NCBI RefSeq assembly: GCF_006345805.1
Contig: NC_042997.1
Span: 16,926,001 to 16,990,000, forward strand
Direction: 5' to 3'
DNA from: Octopus sinensis
Taxonomy: Eukaryota
DNA: 64,000 nucleotides
Part shown: positions 51,257 to 64,000 of the stretch, one piece after another
Layout of the letters: each line of letters starts with the position of its first letter
Numbering within the stretch: position 1 is the stretch's first letter
Position numbers and translations under genes: made by a program
The notes under the pieces: model-generated
The model's database searches: none
What the model was told of the DNA's origin: nothing
The model's input: only the letters and a program-made list of their open reading frames with translations

Positions 51257-51949
51257 TCTGCAGTATTTATTCACTTAACATATGTCATTCATTTGCATTA
51301 TGTGCTTCAAATAATGATTAGTTAATTAAGAACATGGCCTCCGAAGCAATGCTGAGAGAGAGAAATAGAGAGCGATAGAGAGAGAAAGTGAGAAAACATA
51401 TAAGTTGTGAATAAATAAAAATGGTTTCTTACTTTGGCATAAAACACACTAATATATTGCAGAGTGGGGTATAGTTAATTGAATTGGCCCTTAGGGCACA
51501 TCTGGTACTTATCTTAATTATGACCTAACACGAACAACATTAATAATAATGATGATGATGATGACGGTGGTGGTGGTGGTGATGGTGGTGGTGATGGTGA
51601 TGGTGATGATGATGATGATGATTCATTATTTGCCGAAGGGGACCACCCCATGAAATACAAATTGTTTTATATGAAATGATTACAAACTTGCTGGGGTCGT
51701 CGTCGTTGTCGTCATCATCATCATCATTATCCTTTTAGAGTTGATTTGTCTATGTTTGCAGAGTTTTCTATGACTAGATGCCCTTCCTGACACCAACCTT
51801 CATTACTCTGTCAAATAACATGTAGCTTGGACATAGCTATATGAAGAACTGGAAATAACATTGGATGAACAACCCTTTTGCTTACTCAATAAGTGAAGGG
51901 AAATAAGAACACACATACGCACACATATGTATATTTGTATACAACTATC

Positions 51950-52098
51950 TTCTTAGTTTCCATCAATCAAATCAACTCACAAGGCTTTGGTTAACCCAAA
52001 GCTATAACAGAAGACACTTAAATCAGGTGCTATGCAGTGGGATTGAACCTAAAACCACTTGGTTGGCCAGCAAACATTTTAACCATACAGCTATGCCT
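51950..52098 (-). mobile_element. Family A SINE head/core
   Basis: tagtttccatcaatcaaatcaactcacaaggctttggttaacccaaagctataacagaagacac...ggtgctatgcagtgggattgaacc. Confidence 0.7.
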
Positions 52099-54247
52099 AT
52101 ATTATACTATACTATACTATATATATATACACTGGGCAAAATAAGTTTAAGACTGATGATGACAGTTCTATTCCTTCATTGATATATTGTGTGTGTGTGT
52201 GTGTGTGGACGTTAAGTGATGATGATGATGACAATGATATACACACACACACACACATATATGACAAGTTTTGCTCATGAGATAACATCTACTGGTTGTA
52301 TTTTGTTTCCTTTTATTATCAGTTAACTAGTTAAGTAATTAAATAATAAAAAATTTGATCACTTATTTGATCAGCCAATCACTTGGTTTATCAGAGTTTT
52401 TTTAATAACAGCCTATGATCTTATTGAAGCTGTGCCTGCATTTGCTCTTTTCCATACTAATATGCATGTCATGTTTCACAAACTGGTTATTTTGTCTTTG
52501 CTTCAGCATTTATGTTTGAATTGTGTGTATATGATTATTGTTTTAATTAAAGTGGTGTGCAGAGTGCGTTTCTGTGCTTTGTGATCAGAGTTTATGCATG
52601 TAGTTTGTATGCACATATTAGTGTGTGCATGTTAGTGTGTGTGTATTTATTTGTTGCTTACTCATATGAGCCAGTGCTTAGCGATTCATTAGTAGTGGTC
52701 GTTGTATGTTGAGTATTTTGACCTTTGTATGTTTTGGCTTTTATTTCTACATTGATATATTTCTTATGATGTCAACAATAATTCTTTTACCAACAGACAT
52801 AAATTCATACATATGCAGAAATACACATAAACATCCATATGTACATGTACATAATGGTAGTATATTTGACTGTTGACACAACCACAATTTGTTTTCTCTT
52901 ATTCTTATTAACTTCACTGCAAGGATGCTTATTTTTATGTTTTTTGACATAGTGGAGTTCCACTGGACTAAGATAAGTTGTTGTTATTTTATTTATATGT
53001 TATACTGAGTCAATTTTCCATTCCATTTGGCATTATGCCGTGTTTGAGAAGAAGACCCATCAAGCCAAGTAAAACTACAGTCGTTGCAGATACCGGTGTC
53101 ATGCAAATGGCACCTGTACCAGTGGAACATAAAAAGCACCCATTACACTCTCAGAGTGGTTGGTGTTAGGAAAGGCATCCAGCCATTGAAACCATGCCAA
53201 AACAGACTGGAGTCTGCAGCCTCCCAGCTTGCCAGCCCTGTCAAACCAACCAACCAATGCCAGCATGGACAGCAGATGTTAAGTGATGATGATGATGATA
53301 TACATATTTAAATATATATATTTTTGTTTTTCGCAATGGTCATTTAATTTTGAATTAATTTTGCTTATTATTCTGAATATATAGCTATGTCATTTTTGTA
53401 CTTCCAATATGTAGATAATATAAACTCCAAAGCTAAAGCAAGACAATATCCAAGAACTTGAAAAGAGCATCATGGGGAAGGTCCAGCATATAGCTAATTC
53501 CATCCACTAGAGTTTTAAGGTAACTGTAGAGTACCCATCCAAACAACTCAACAATAAAATGCCATTCCAAGTTACAAAACTGGTTAGTAACAATAAATAA
53601 CAATGTACAACTTCTCCAGTCACATTTTATGAAGCCTGTAGTGATGAACCACTAGTAGTAGAATAATAAGAAACATATATTGTGACTATAGTAATACGGG
53701 GAAATATGAAATAATATGCAAAACTTGATCTGCTGAATGCAAACTTCTGTGTGTCATAAACAACACAGAAGCAAAATGTACAGAGAAGCCAGTAAAAAGT
53801 TAGGAAATATCATTGAAAAATGTGTTTTCATGGTCAGCCTTTACATGGGAACTAACATTTTGTTAATGGTGGTGGTAAGGGTGGGATGGAGGATATAAAC
53901 CGACAAAATGAGCTAAAAAGAGTATAAAAAGCACTCAATTCAAAGAAGCAAAAACTCAAAAATGATCAGAAAAACAACCTTACTCATATATCCACGCAAA
54001 TACCCACAATACACAGGCATATGTATAGGCATCTACCCACCCACAGGTAGGAGCCTGTTTGCATACAAAATATATATATGGTAAGAAGAAAAGAGATAAG
54101 AGCAATAAGAGCATTTAAAATGCAAGCCATTGCAAATTGGAATACAGAAAATGGAAATTTAAATCAATATTGCAGGTACAAATATGGATGTTGCTAGAGG
54201 TCACACATACATATATATGCACACATATGCACACAAACACACACACC

Positions 54248-54372
<125 letters not shown>

Positions 54373-56000
54373 CACTATGTTAAATAAATAGAATCTCGCT
54401 CACTTAAAAACTCTTCTTCCATAAAAATAAGAAATGAAAGAAGTTAAAATATGATGATGATGATAAAAATAATAATAATGACAATGATGATGATGGTGAT
54501 GACTACAACCATGACAATGATGATGACGATAATTATGATGATGACATAGAATTTTGAGCAATTACTTTTATGACAATTTTCTGTTTGCAGGTTTTATATG
54601 AGACCATGATTGTTAGTCAATCATCTAAGAACATTGGCAACAAGAAAATGGCACCATCAAATAGACATAAGGATGAAAAGAGGCTATCTTCTTTTACTAC
54701 AGTTTACACTGTTGCCATTATCATCACCATCATCATCTTGGCATTCATGACCAACATCATTATCATCAAGATCATTATCCTTGCAATCATCATCATCATC
54801 ATCATCATCAAACAAATGCAAAGAAGAAAAATATAAAAGGGAAGAAAACATATATAACAAGAAAAGGAAAACAATAAACTACATCATTTAGTTGTGGAAT
54901 CTATATTGCTCTCGAGTATGTAGATGATGATGAATATGATGTAGATGATGATATACATGATAAAGGTATAGATTGAAAAAATAAATTTCTTTTATATGCA
55001 TGTGCATATATGGTTGTGTGTATATTTGTGTGTTTTTCTCTCTTAAAGTATTTATTTTGCAGTAGTTTTTGTAATTTTAAATATTTATATTTTGGCTATA
55101 ATTTTACTTTCAATTTCATAATTGATTCCTTACTTTCTCTATGACAGACACGTAGATTCTTCCTCCTCTCCTTATATCATTGTACCACTACTACCACATG
55201 ATGTCTCCACTTTCACCAGCTCCACCTCATGAAACTCTCATACAACACCTTAACACAAGACTATGTCGTCTGCATGAATGCACACATAGACACACAGAGA
55301 CATACATACAGATATGCATGCACACACAGATACACATGCATATGTACAAATGCATATGCACACAAACATATTGACAGCTACAAACTCAAACACTCATAGG
55401 CACACATACACAATCATACATATTCATGCAAGCACACTCAAATCCAGAGGTACACATGCATACAAAAATATACATAGATTCAAACACACAAATGCATACA
55501 CACAAACATGCACCCACAAATAATCACACACATAAACATGCTGACACAGTTACATACACTCAAACACACCTATATCTATGCACACACTCAAACATATATA
55601 CACACAGTTACAGATATACATGTGCTACCTTCAAACCATCAACTCACTCTCAATAGTCAATAACTTATGCAGATCCTTTCTCTATCATTCAATGTATATA
55701 TATATTAAAAAAAAGAAACAAAAACAAGAAAATAACAAAAAACAATTGAAAAAAGGTAAAATTCAACAACCAAAAACTAGGAACAAAAAAAAAGTAATAC
55801 TAATAATGATGATGATGATAACAATAATGTTAAAAGTAATGAAAATGACAACACTAATGAGGATAATGGTAATGCTGGTGACAACAACAACAACAACAAC
55901 AACAAACAACAAAAATGATACTATTGCTTATGAAGATGATGATGGTAATAGAAATAAATGCTTCCATAAATATTTTAAAGATTTCTATTTTATAATAATG

Positions 56001-56052
<52 letters not shown>

Positions 56053-56443
56053 TAATAATAACAATTATTATTATTATTATTATTATTATTTGTGAGAAAA
56101 ATGTATGTTTATTGAAAAAATGTCTCTTTACTTTTAAAATAATATTGATTTCTACTATAACTCCTCACTCTTGCTACAATTACTAATGCTTCTGTTTTTC
56201 TGCTGCTGCTACTTTCACAGCTATTGCTGCTACTACAACTACATATGCTACTGCTACTACAACTACCACTGCAGCTGCAACTGCTACTATTGCTGCTTTT
56301 ACAACCACAGCTCTTCTGCTAACATTACTACTGCTGTAGTTACAGCAGCTGTTCTTGCCATGGTTGACTTCTACAACAGTAACACCATTGTATTGCTAGT
56401 ATTACAGATGTATACACACACACACACGCATGCATGCACACAC

Positions 56444-56801
56444 AAGCACGGTGCTGTGTAGTTAACAAGCTTGCTTTGCAACCACATGGTTTCAGGTTCA
56501 GTCACACTATGAGATACCTTGGACAAATGTCTTCTACTATAGACTTGGACTGTGTGGAAAGCCCATTACGTATGTGTGTGTGTCTATGTGTGTATGTGTT
56601 TGCCTGTGTATAAGTTATCTCTCTCTTTGACTGCTGGTGCTGGCTTGCTTATACCCCTGCAACCTAACCGTTTCACTAAAAGACACTGATAGAATAAGTA
56701 CCTGAATTCAAAAATATGTATTGTGGTTGATTTGTTCTACTAAATTCTTCAAAGCAGTGTCTCAGTATGGCTGCAGTCCATTGACTGAAACAAGTAAAAG
56801 A
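56444..56801 (+). mobile_element. Family A SINE, near full length
   Basis: Head gctgtgtagttaacaagcttgctttgcaaccacatggtttcaggttcagtcacact, core accttggacaaatgtcttctactatag, tail cagtatggctgcagtccattgactgaaacaagtaaaaga. Confidence 0.8.
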
Positions 56802-57327
56802 TACATATGTACACTACTACTTGTGCGTGCACGTGCACACACACACACACACACACACTCTAGGATTCAAGCTTACTCTGTGGTATCTTGAGCAGGTCAT
56901 CTAATAACAATTGAGTGAACTCAGGTACCTCTAGACATTATAGAAATGTGTCAGACAAAGTGCACCTGTAATTCAAATGCATAGCCTTATCACTCAATGT
57001 GGTATGCTGATTCTGCAAGAAAATTTCATTAGGAGTACATGTGTCTGTGAAATGCTCAGTTACTTATACACTCATAACTGGCTGCTTATTTCTCTGTGAT
57101 TGGTAAAAGGATGTAGTGCCCTCTCATCAGAATCCAATAAGGCTGTTCATCATTTCTCCAATCTATGGAGAAATAGTTAAATTTGCCATGTTTGTATTTC
57201 TACTATGTAAGTTTACTATGCGTGTGTGTGTGTGGGTGTATATAGATATTTATAGGTATATGTATATGTGTTATACATATATATATTCTTTTATTCTATT
57301 TATTCTTTTACATGTATGAGTGGGTAT

Positions 57328-57376
<49 letters not shown>

Positions 57377-60300
57377 ATGTATACAATTAAAATATCTATA
57401 TACATTCTTTCCTTGTGTACATGCAGTCAAAATTTATTTCATTGAGTCAAGTCCAAGCCAATGAAGCAACATGGATTCTTGAGATAGGTCTCTTCCACAT
57501 ATCTCAATCCAACATGCCAGAGCACAACTCACCAGTATCCTTTCGTCATAAGTATGAGAACAAAATTTGCTTTGGGGGTGCAAACCCAGTTTTTCAGAAG
57601 GATGTTCAAAGTATTTTCATAACCCTCCAAAAACTTGAGTGTGTGCCAGTGCACCCCTTGTCCCCAAACATATGCTATTCTCAGTGTGTGCTCATATGTT
57701 ATCTTCCGAGACCCATGCATATCACATGGGCTCATGCATGGGCTCCCAGAAGACATGTCTTAGAGCAATGAGTGAACCTGAACTAAATCAACTTTATCCA
57801 TTCATATACCATCATAATGATAATAATAGCAATAACATAATGTAAAAGAAAATGAACTAGATACAGTCTTGTATAACCATCCTTCTTCCTTCAACTAAGT
57901 ACAAATTTAAAATTATTACAGAACAAGCCTTGATAATATGAAATCTAAGATGTTATATTTTGGTTACAGTTCAACTGTGTCACACTGAACCTACAAAAAT
58001 CAAAATGTATTTCAGTCAGTGTCATTATGATATCATATTTGTTAGATATCACAAGATGGTTATGATATGAATCTAAAATACATAGAATATAACTTAAAGA
58101 AAGTTGTGTGAGAGTAATGTATTTAGGACATTACAGATGAAAGTAAAAGCTTTGTGTTGTATCTTTGTTATTGCATGTTACTAAGAATAGCATGCATCAT
58201 ATCTGTGATATAAGTTGACAATCAGAATAGTATTGTTTGTTAGAACAGCAATATCCTAGTTATATCTTAGTTTGTTATATGTCAGCGGGAATGTTGTATC
58301 TGGCATATTACATGTTCATCAGAATAGCAATGTCTTGTAACTAAGATGTTACAGTGCTAGAATGAAGCAACACAAATCATGAACAAAAGCAATAAATAAT
58401 AAATATATAAATAAATGAACAAGATAAATATAAAATGAAAATACATGAAACAAGCTATGAAGAATTGATTAATAAGAAAGCCAGAATGAACCAAAAAGAA
58501 AGAAAAAAAGAAAGGAAGAAGAGTACTTCATATATGTTGATAAAACAAGCCCTCACCCCCACCCCCACCTCTATCATTCCCAGTTTGATTCTTCCCAGAT
58601 GTTCATTTCACCTCCTGAAAATGCATTTAAGATGGAAGCAGTCAACCAAAACATGATTAGTACTTGTTAACTGACACTGCACATTTCACTTTGTACAATA
58701 CATGTGCATACACCTGCCACTTTACTGACTGTACTTTAATACTATATATTTTTAGCATTATGTGTATCTGTATGTGTGTGTGTGTGTGTGTGTATGTGTG
58801 TGTGTATATACATATATGTATGTATACACATACAAAAAAAAAGGGAAATAAAAGCAAAGTAAGAAAATCAAAAGTTAAAAAAAAGCTATAGATCCAAAGT
58901 GAAATGAAATAAAACAAAATGAAATTTCTAAATTGAATTAAAAATATAAAACAAAGCAACAACAACGATGATGATGATGATGACAGCTGTTGGATCTGAA
59001 TTGAAACTAGAAAGGAAAGAGAGAAAAAAAGTCTAATTGAAGTTTCTATATTTCTGGGATGAGGATTCATTATTATACACACGATGTTTACCAAACTATT
59101 CCTCTTTGGAATGGAATTAAGTAGCAGAGCGAGGTGTTGCATGCAATGATAATTAACCCTTACAAAACACAGAACAGCTGTGTGAGGTCAATATTTTCTC
59201 CTCCCCCTCCACCTGTTGCTGTTGCTGCTGCTTTTGTGTACATTACACACACATATGTGTGAGGAGAGAGAGAGAGAGAGAGAGAGTGAGAGAGAGAGAG
59301 AAAATTTCAGCTGTTTGCAAATCAAGTCTGCAAGGCAGATTTAATTCTTTAAAGATATCTCATTTTACATTTGTTGCTAATACTGTTTTATACTTGAGGA
59401 AAAGTCATGAATATCACAACTTCGCTTTAACATTTCTCTAAATTTACAGTTTCTATTATCTAGTTAGAAGTCAATGTTTTATGTGCTGAAAAATCTTTTT
59501 ATATTAAACTTTAAAAATCTTTGTTATTTCTGTTCCTTACATATTTCCCTTTTTCTTTTTCAGTTGCATCATAGAACTGTATTTGTGAGGGTTCATCATT
59601 ATAATTGTTATATATGGTTACCATAGTTGTTGCAACATAATATTAAAAAGCCTAGAGTTGTGAAATTCAATTTATTTTAAATTTACCATCTAAATTTCAT
59701 AATATTTTAATGTTGTTTTTTTATCAGAATTTGGAAAGAATTTTGTACCACTGAAAAGTATGTTATATGCTATGAAATTTGTAAAGCATATAAGTACCTC
59801 TCTTCCACTTAAATGATCAAACCTGGAATGTTGATTAATAATATGGAAAATAAATGATATTGAGTTGTATAAGGATAAAACAATAGTCATTGTCATCAAC
59901 AGTATAATAGAATTTGTAATTAAATATTTCTGATGGTATTGTAATGTATTCTTGGGAAATATTTTCAAGTCCATTTTACTTAAAGTAAAGTTAGTGTTTT
60001 AACATTCTCTAATGGAATCACTGATGAAAGTTAGAGAATATAGCATCTGGACAACTAACCCGTTTGATCTTAAACCATTATAAGCATATAAAGTCTAAAC
60101 AGAAATTCAGTCTGCCTGCCTGCCTGTCTATTCTATCTATCTATCTATCTATCTTTCTATCTAGATACCTATTTATGTATATATGTATATACAAAATTAG
60201 ACTCTGTGGATATGGATGTGTCCCATACATTTATACAATGCAGAGCTGTCAACCTATTAAATATTCATGAAGTACTTAGGATATACAATGTGTTACTGAA

Positions 60301-60420
60301 GTTTCATGGGTAAGTAGCTATCCACTATCAACTTAGCAGTACTTCATCTAGAATTTAGAAGGGACTCTCACTATTTCATCTGATACAAATAAATGTATAT
60401 AAACCCTAACAAATATATAT

Positions 60421-60923
60421 GGAGGCACATACATGGTGGTTGTGTGGTAAGAAGTTTGCTTGCAAACTACATGGTTCTGGGTTCAGTCCCACTGCATGGT
60501 TTCAAAGCTTTGTGAGTGGATTTGGTAGAGGGAAACTGAAATTAAACCTGTTGTAGCTGTGTGGTAAGAAGCTTACTTCCCAACTACATGGTTCTGGGTT
60601 CAGTTCCTCAGCAGGGCACCTTAGGCAAATGTCTTTTGCTATAGCCTTGGGCTGATTTGTGAGTGGATTTGGTAGATGGAAACTGAAAGAGGCCCATCAT
60701 ATATATATGTATATGTTTGTGTGTCTGTGTTTGTGTCCCCACCATTGCTTGACAACTGATGTTGGTCTGTTTACGACTCCGTAAATTAGTGGTTCGGTAA
60801 AAGAGACCAATAGTTATTCTGCTTACAAGGAATAACTCCTGGGGTTGATTTCATCAACTAAAGGTGGTGCTCCAGCATGGCCACAGTCAAATGACTGAAA
60901 CAAGCAAAAGAAAAAGAAAAGAG
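60421..60923 (+). mobile_element. Family A SINE: a partial deleted copy (60421-60550) directly followed by a full copy (60554-60923)
   Basis: The head gtgtggtaagaag...ggttctgggttcagt occurs twice. The full copy ends aaaggtggtgctccagcatggccacagtcaaatgactgaaacaagcaaaaga. Confidence 0.85.
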
Positions 60924-60927
60924 TAGA

Positions 60928-60956
<29 letters not shown>

Positions 60957-60958
<2 letters not shown>

Positions 60959-61325
60959 CTTGTTTCAGTCATTTGACTGTGGCCCTTTAGTTGAACAAAT
61001 TGACCCCAGGACTTAATCTTTGTAAGCCTAGCACTTATTCTATTGGTCTCTTTGCTGAACTGCTAAGTGACGGGGACATAAACGCACCAACATCAGTTGT
61101 CAAGCAATGGTTGGGGGGACAAACACAGTCACAAATAACAAACACAAACATATATACATATATACGACAGGCTTCTTTCAGTTTCTGTCTATCAACTCCA
61201 CTCACAAGGCTTTGGTTGGCCTGAGGCTATAGTAGAAAGCACTTGCCCAAAGTGCCATGCAGTGGGACTGAATCTGGAACCATGTAGTTGGGAAGTAAGC
61301 TTCTTACCACACAACCACTCCTGTG
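60957..61325 (-). mobile_element. Family A SINE, full length
   Basis: tacttgtttcagtcatttgactgtggcc...gcacttgcccaaagtgccatgcagtgggactgaatctggaaccatgtagttgggaagtaagcttcttaccacacaacc. Confidence 0.88.
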
Positions 61326-61859
61326 CATATATACACATATATACACATATATACACATTATATACATATATACACATTATATACATATAATACAAAGTTT
61401 CTAAATTCAATTAAGCAAAACCTTAAAGGAAGAGATCAGAAAAATGGAGTTTGACAAAAGATTTTGAGTTCAAAGGATAAGGGAAGACTTAAGAAATTAA
61501 TCTCTAGAGACATGAAGAATTTTGCTAAGGGGTACAAATTTTCTTGTAAAAAGTAAGGTATCTAGAGGCACCATTAAAGAATCTGCAAAAGGATTCAGAA
61601 CTCATTTCTGGTGTAAAAGAAAAGATAAGAAAAAGTAAAAAACCTGGGTGACTGAACTTAAGCTAAAATGGTTCTCAATTTCTCCCAAGCTGTGACCTTC
61701 TAAGCGGAAATGAAGGTTTTCCTTACTTCGAGATGGCTATCATTCTGTTTGATTAGATCTGTTGAAATTTCGAGGAAGACTGTCTATAATCAATAAGAAG
61801 ACTTGGAAGTTTGGAAATAGAAGTATAATATGTGTGAAAATGAGACTTTGTTTCAGTCT

Positions 61860-62079
61860 GTATAATTTTAAGACATTAATCCCATTGAAAATTTATGCCA
61901 GATCATTAGAGTAGAAGGTGAATTCAAGAACTTTTTTAAAAAAACAAAGTATTTTTATCTGTCATTTCAGAAACTCTAGCACAAATTAGAGGCCACATTA
62001 TTGAAAAAAGTTTGCTGAAAGTATGATTAATAGGATTATAAAACTACAAGGTAATCATGTCAGAAGCATTGATTATTAA
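61860..62079 (+). mobile_element. Possible Tc1 (DD34E) transposase C-terminal remnant
   Basis: DINPIENLCQII at 61872-61907 (cf. SPDLNPIENLW) and SMINRIIKLQGNHVRSIDY* at 62020-62079 (cf. SMP.R..AVI.AKGG.T.Y*), at appropriate spacing. Confidence 0.4.
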
Positions 62080-63245
62080 ATTTTGGTTATGAATAAATGT
62101 AAATTCGATTTTTTTTTTGTATAATCCAATACAATAACTGATGATTTCAACAAATATTAAACATTTTCTTGTTTTAAATTTAAATTTTTGTTTGCCTGAG
62201 TGCCATTTTTATTGGAAGCATATTCCTTTACTTCTACCTCTCATGATCATTTCCAGTTCTGCTTTTCCATTTTATCTTTTCTCCTTGCTTTTTCTGTTTC
62301 CTCAACTTCAATCATTCACTAATTCTCCTTTTCCTGCTGAGTCATCCATTCTTTTTCTTCTCTCTTTTCTTCAAATTCTTTTTTTTTTTCGTCTAGGTAT
62401 CTGTTCCTTCACTTTTCATCCTTTCATCTTCTAGTAACTCTGCTCTTCTTTGCTGCTCTTTTTCCCCACACTTTCTATTTATGAGACACTACCACTTCTC
62501 TTCTTCCATTATTTCATTCTCTATTTCTTTTTTACTTTCCTCTCTACTTTTCTTTTCCTCTTTCTCTTCTTCCTAAATCTATTTATAAAGAACAGCAATA
62601 TCCTCAATCTCATAAGGTGCTCTGGCTGGAGACCCTGTGTAGGTCATAGGCACTGCTCCTTCCTCTGATAGTCCCACCTCCACAAAATTACTCTTCAACA
62701 CATAACTTCTTATGGCTCCTCCTCCACTACCACCACCACCATCGCCGCCGCCACTGCCACCACCACCACTGCTACCGCCACCACCACCACTTGTAAAATG
62801 TTCTCCCTTTTATTGCAACATATAATAACAATAATTAAACCACAACAATAATAACATCTATAATGATTTCTAACATAGACACAAGACCAACAGTTTTATA
62901 GGGAGTGCATATCATCAGTTCCAGTGCTTGATTGGTTCTTTTGTCTTAGCAATCCCAAAGAACTGTAAGAAATACCACAAAGCATTTTTTCCTGATACTT
63001 TAACAATTCAGCAATCTACTATCCTACAGTAAAAATAATTCTTTCTACTATATATGCACAAAGCCAACAAATTTTAGGAGTAGGATTTAGTCGATCACCT
63101 AGACCCCCCCCCCCACCACCACTGTCTTCAATTGGTGCATATTTTATCAACCCAGAAAGAATGAAAGGCAAAGCTGACTTAGGTATAATTTGAACTCAGA
63201 ATATAAAAATTCAGAAGAAATTCTGTTAGGTTTTGTCTGACATAC

Positions 63246-63604
63246 TCTTTTACTTGTTTCAGTCATTTGACTGTGGTCATGCTGGAGCACCACCTGTAGT
63301 CGAGCAAATCGACCCCAGGACTTATTCTATTAGTCTCTTTTGCCGAACTGCTAAGTTATGGGGGACGTAAACACACCAGCATCGGTTGTCAAGTGATGTT
63401 GGGAGGACAAACACAGACACACAAACATATACACACACGTATATATATATATATATGCATATATACGACAGGCATCTTTCAGTTTCCATCTACCAAATCC
63501 ACTCACAAGGCTTTGGTTGGCCCAAGGCTATAGTAGAAAACACTTGCCCAAGGTGCCATGCAGTGGGACTGAACCCGGAACCATGTGGTTGGTAAGCAAG
63601 CTTA
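63246..63604 (-). mobile_element. Family A SINE, relatively young
   Basis: tcttttacttgtttcagtcatttgactgtggtcatgctggagcaccacc...cacttgcccaaggtgccatgcagtgggactgaacccggaaccatgtggttggtaagcaagctt. Several CpGs are retained. Confidence 0.9.
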
Positions 63605-63672
63605 ACAATTCTGCAAGCTTGCTGCCTTACTACTACTACTACTGCTACTACTCATAATAATAATAGTAACTC

Positions 63673-63982
63673 TAGTAACTTGAATGTGGAGTCTAAAAAC
63701 AGAAACAATTCCTATCATAGGAGGTGCATTAGGTATGATAAAAAAATATTCAGACAAATACTTAACTAAAACACCAGGACTAACAAGTATATATAACATA
63801 CAGAAAATAGCACTACTAGGCACCACAACATCCTATGTAAAACACTTTCAGTACAGTAAAAATAAGAGCATTACAACAAACTACAGCACATACTCAAGAC
63901 ACACAGAGCTGCACTCAGTAGTGCAGTGAAAGTACATGATAAAATTTTAAAATACTGAATAATGATAATAATAATGATAATT
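63673..63982 (+). mobile_element. 5'-truncated R4/Dong-like non-LTR retrotransposon 3' end
   Basis: MWSLKTETIPIIGGALGMIKKYSDKYLTKTPGLTSIYNIQKIALLGTT matches the end of RLE-type ORFs (cf. W.....IPIV.GALG.....L..I.G......LQK.ALLGTA.ILR). It is followed by a 3' UTR and a (TAA/TGA)n tail. Confidence 0.75.
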
Positions 63983-64000
63983 CTTTCTAATTATGACACA

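Noticed and set aside
54591-54836. ORF with acceptor-like start and apparent transmembrane helix followed by KQMQRRK
   Set aside because: The hydrophobic stretch is translated (ATC)n microsatellite, and there is no independent coding evidence.

Overview
AT-rich (roughly one third GC by eye), microsatellite-dense eukaryotic DNA. It is most likely from an octopus or other coleoid cephalopod, an inference from the SINE/LINE families, which I recognise from memory and have not confirmed by search. Only one protein-coding segment is well supported: a 285-bp phase 1-1 immunoglobulin (I-set-like) exon on the minus strand (26713-26997) of an unidentified gene. The rest reads as intronic or intergenic sequence filled with transposon debris. 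DNA transposons include a decayed Helitron Rep region, a full-length dead mariner with both TIRs and TA target duplications, a pogo/Tigger-like MITE and a Tc1 remnant. Non-LTR retroelements include RTE, CR1-like and R4/Dong-like LINE fragments and at least four SINE families. Almost all ORFs in the supplied track are microsatellite or antisense artefacts. I found no rRNA, true tRNA gene, CRISPR array or prokaryotic system, and no convincing novel multi-gene system. The best leads are local: a 101-bp hairpin-headed insertion with a 14-bp target duplication, tail-to-tail inverted SINE/LINE pairs that could form dsRNA, a PHD-like finger inside an RTE reverse transcriptase, a LINE-SINE shared 3' tail, and a near-perfect 493-bp tandem duplication.
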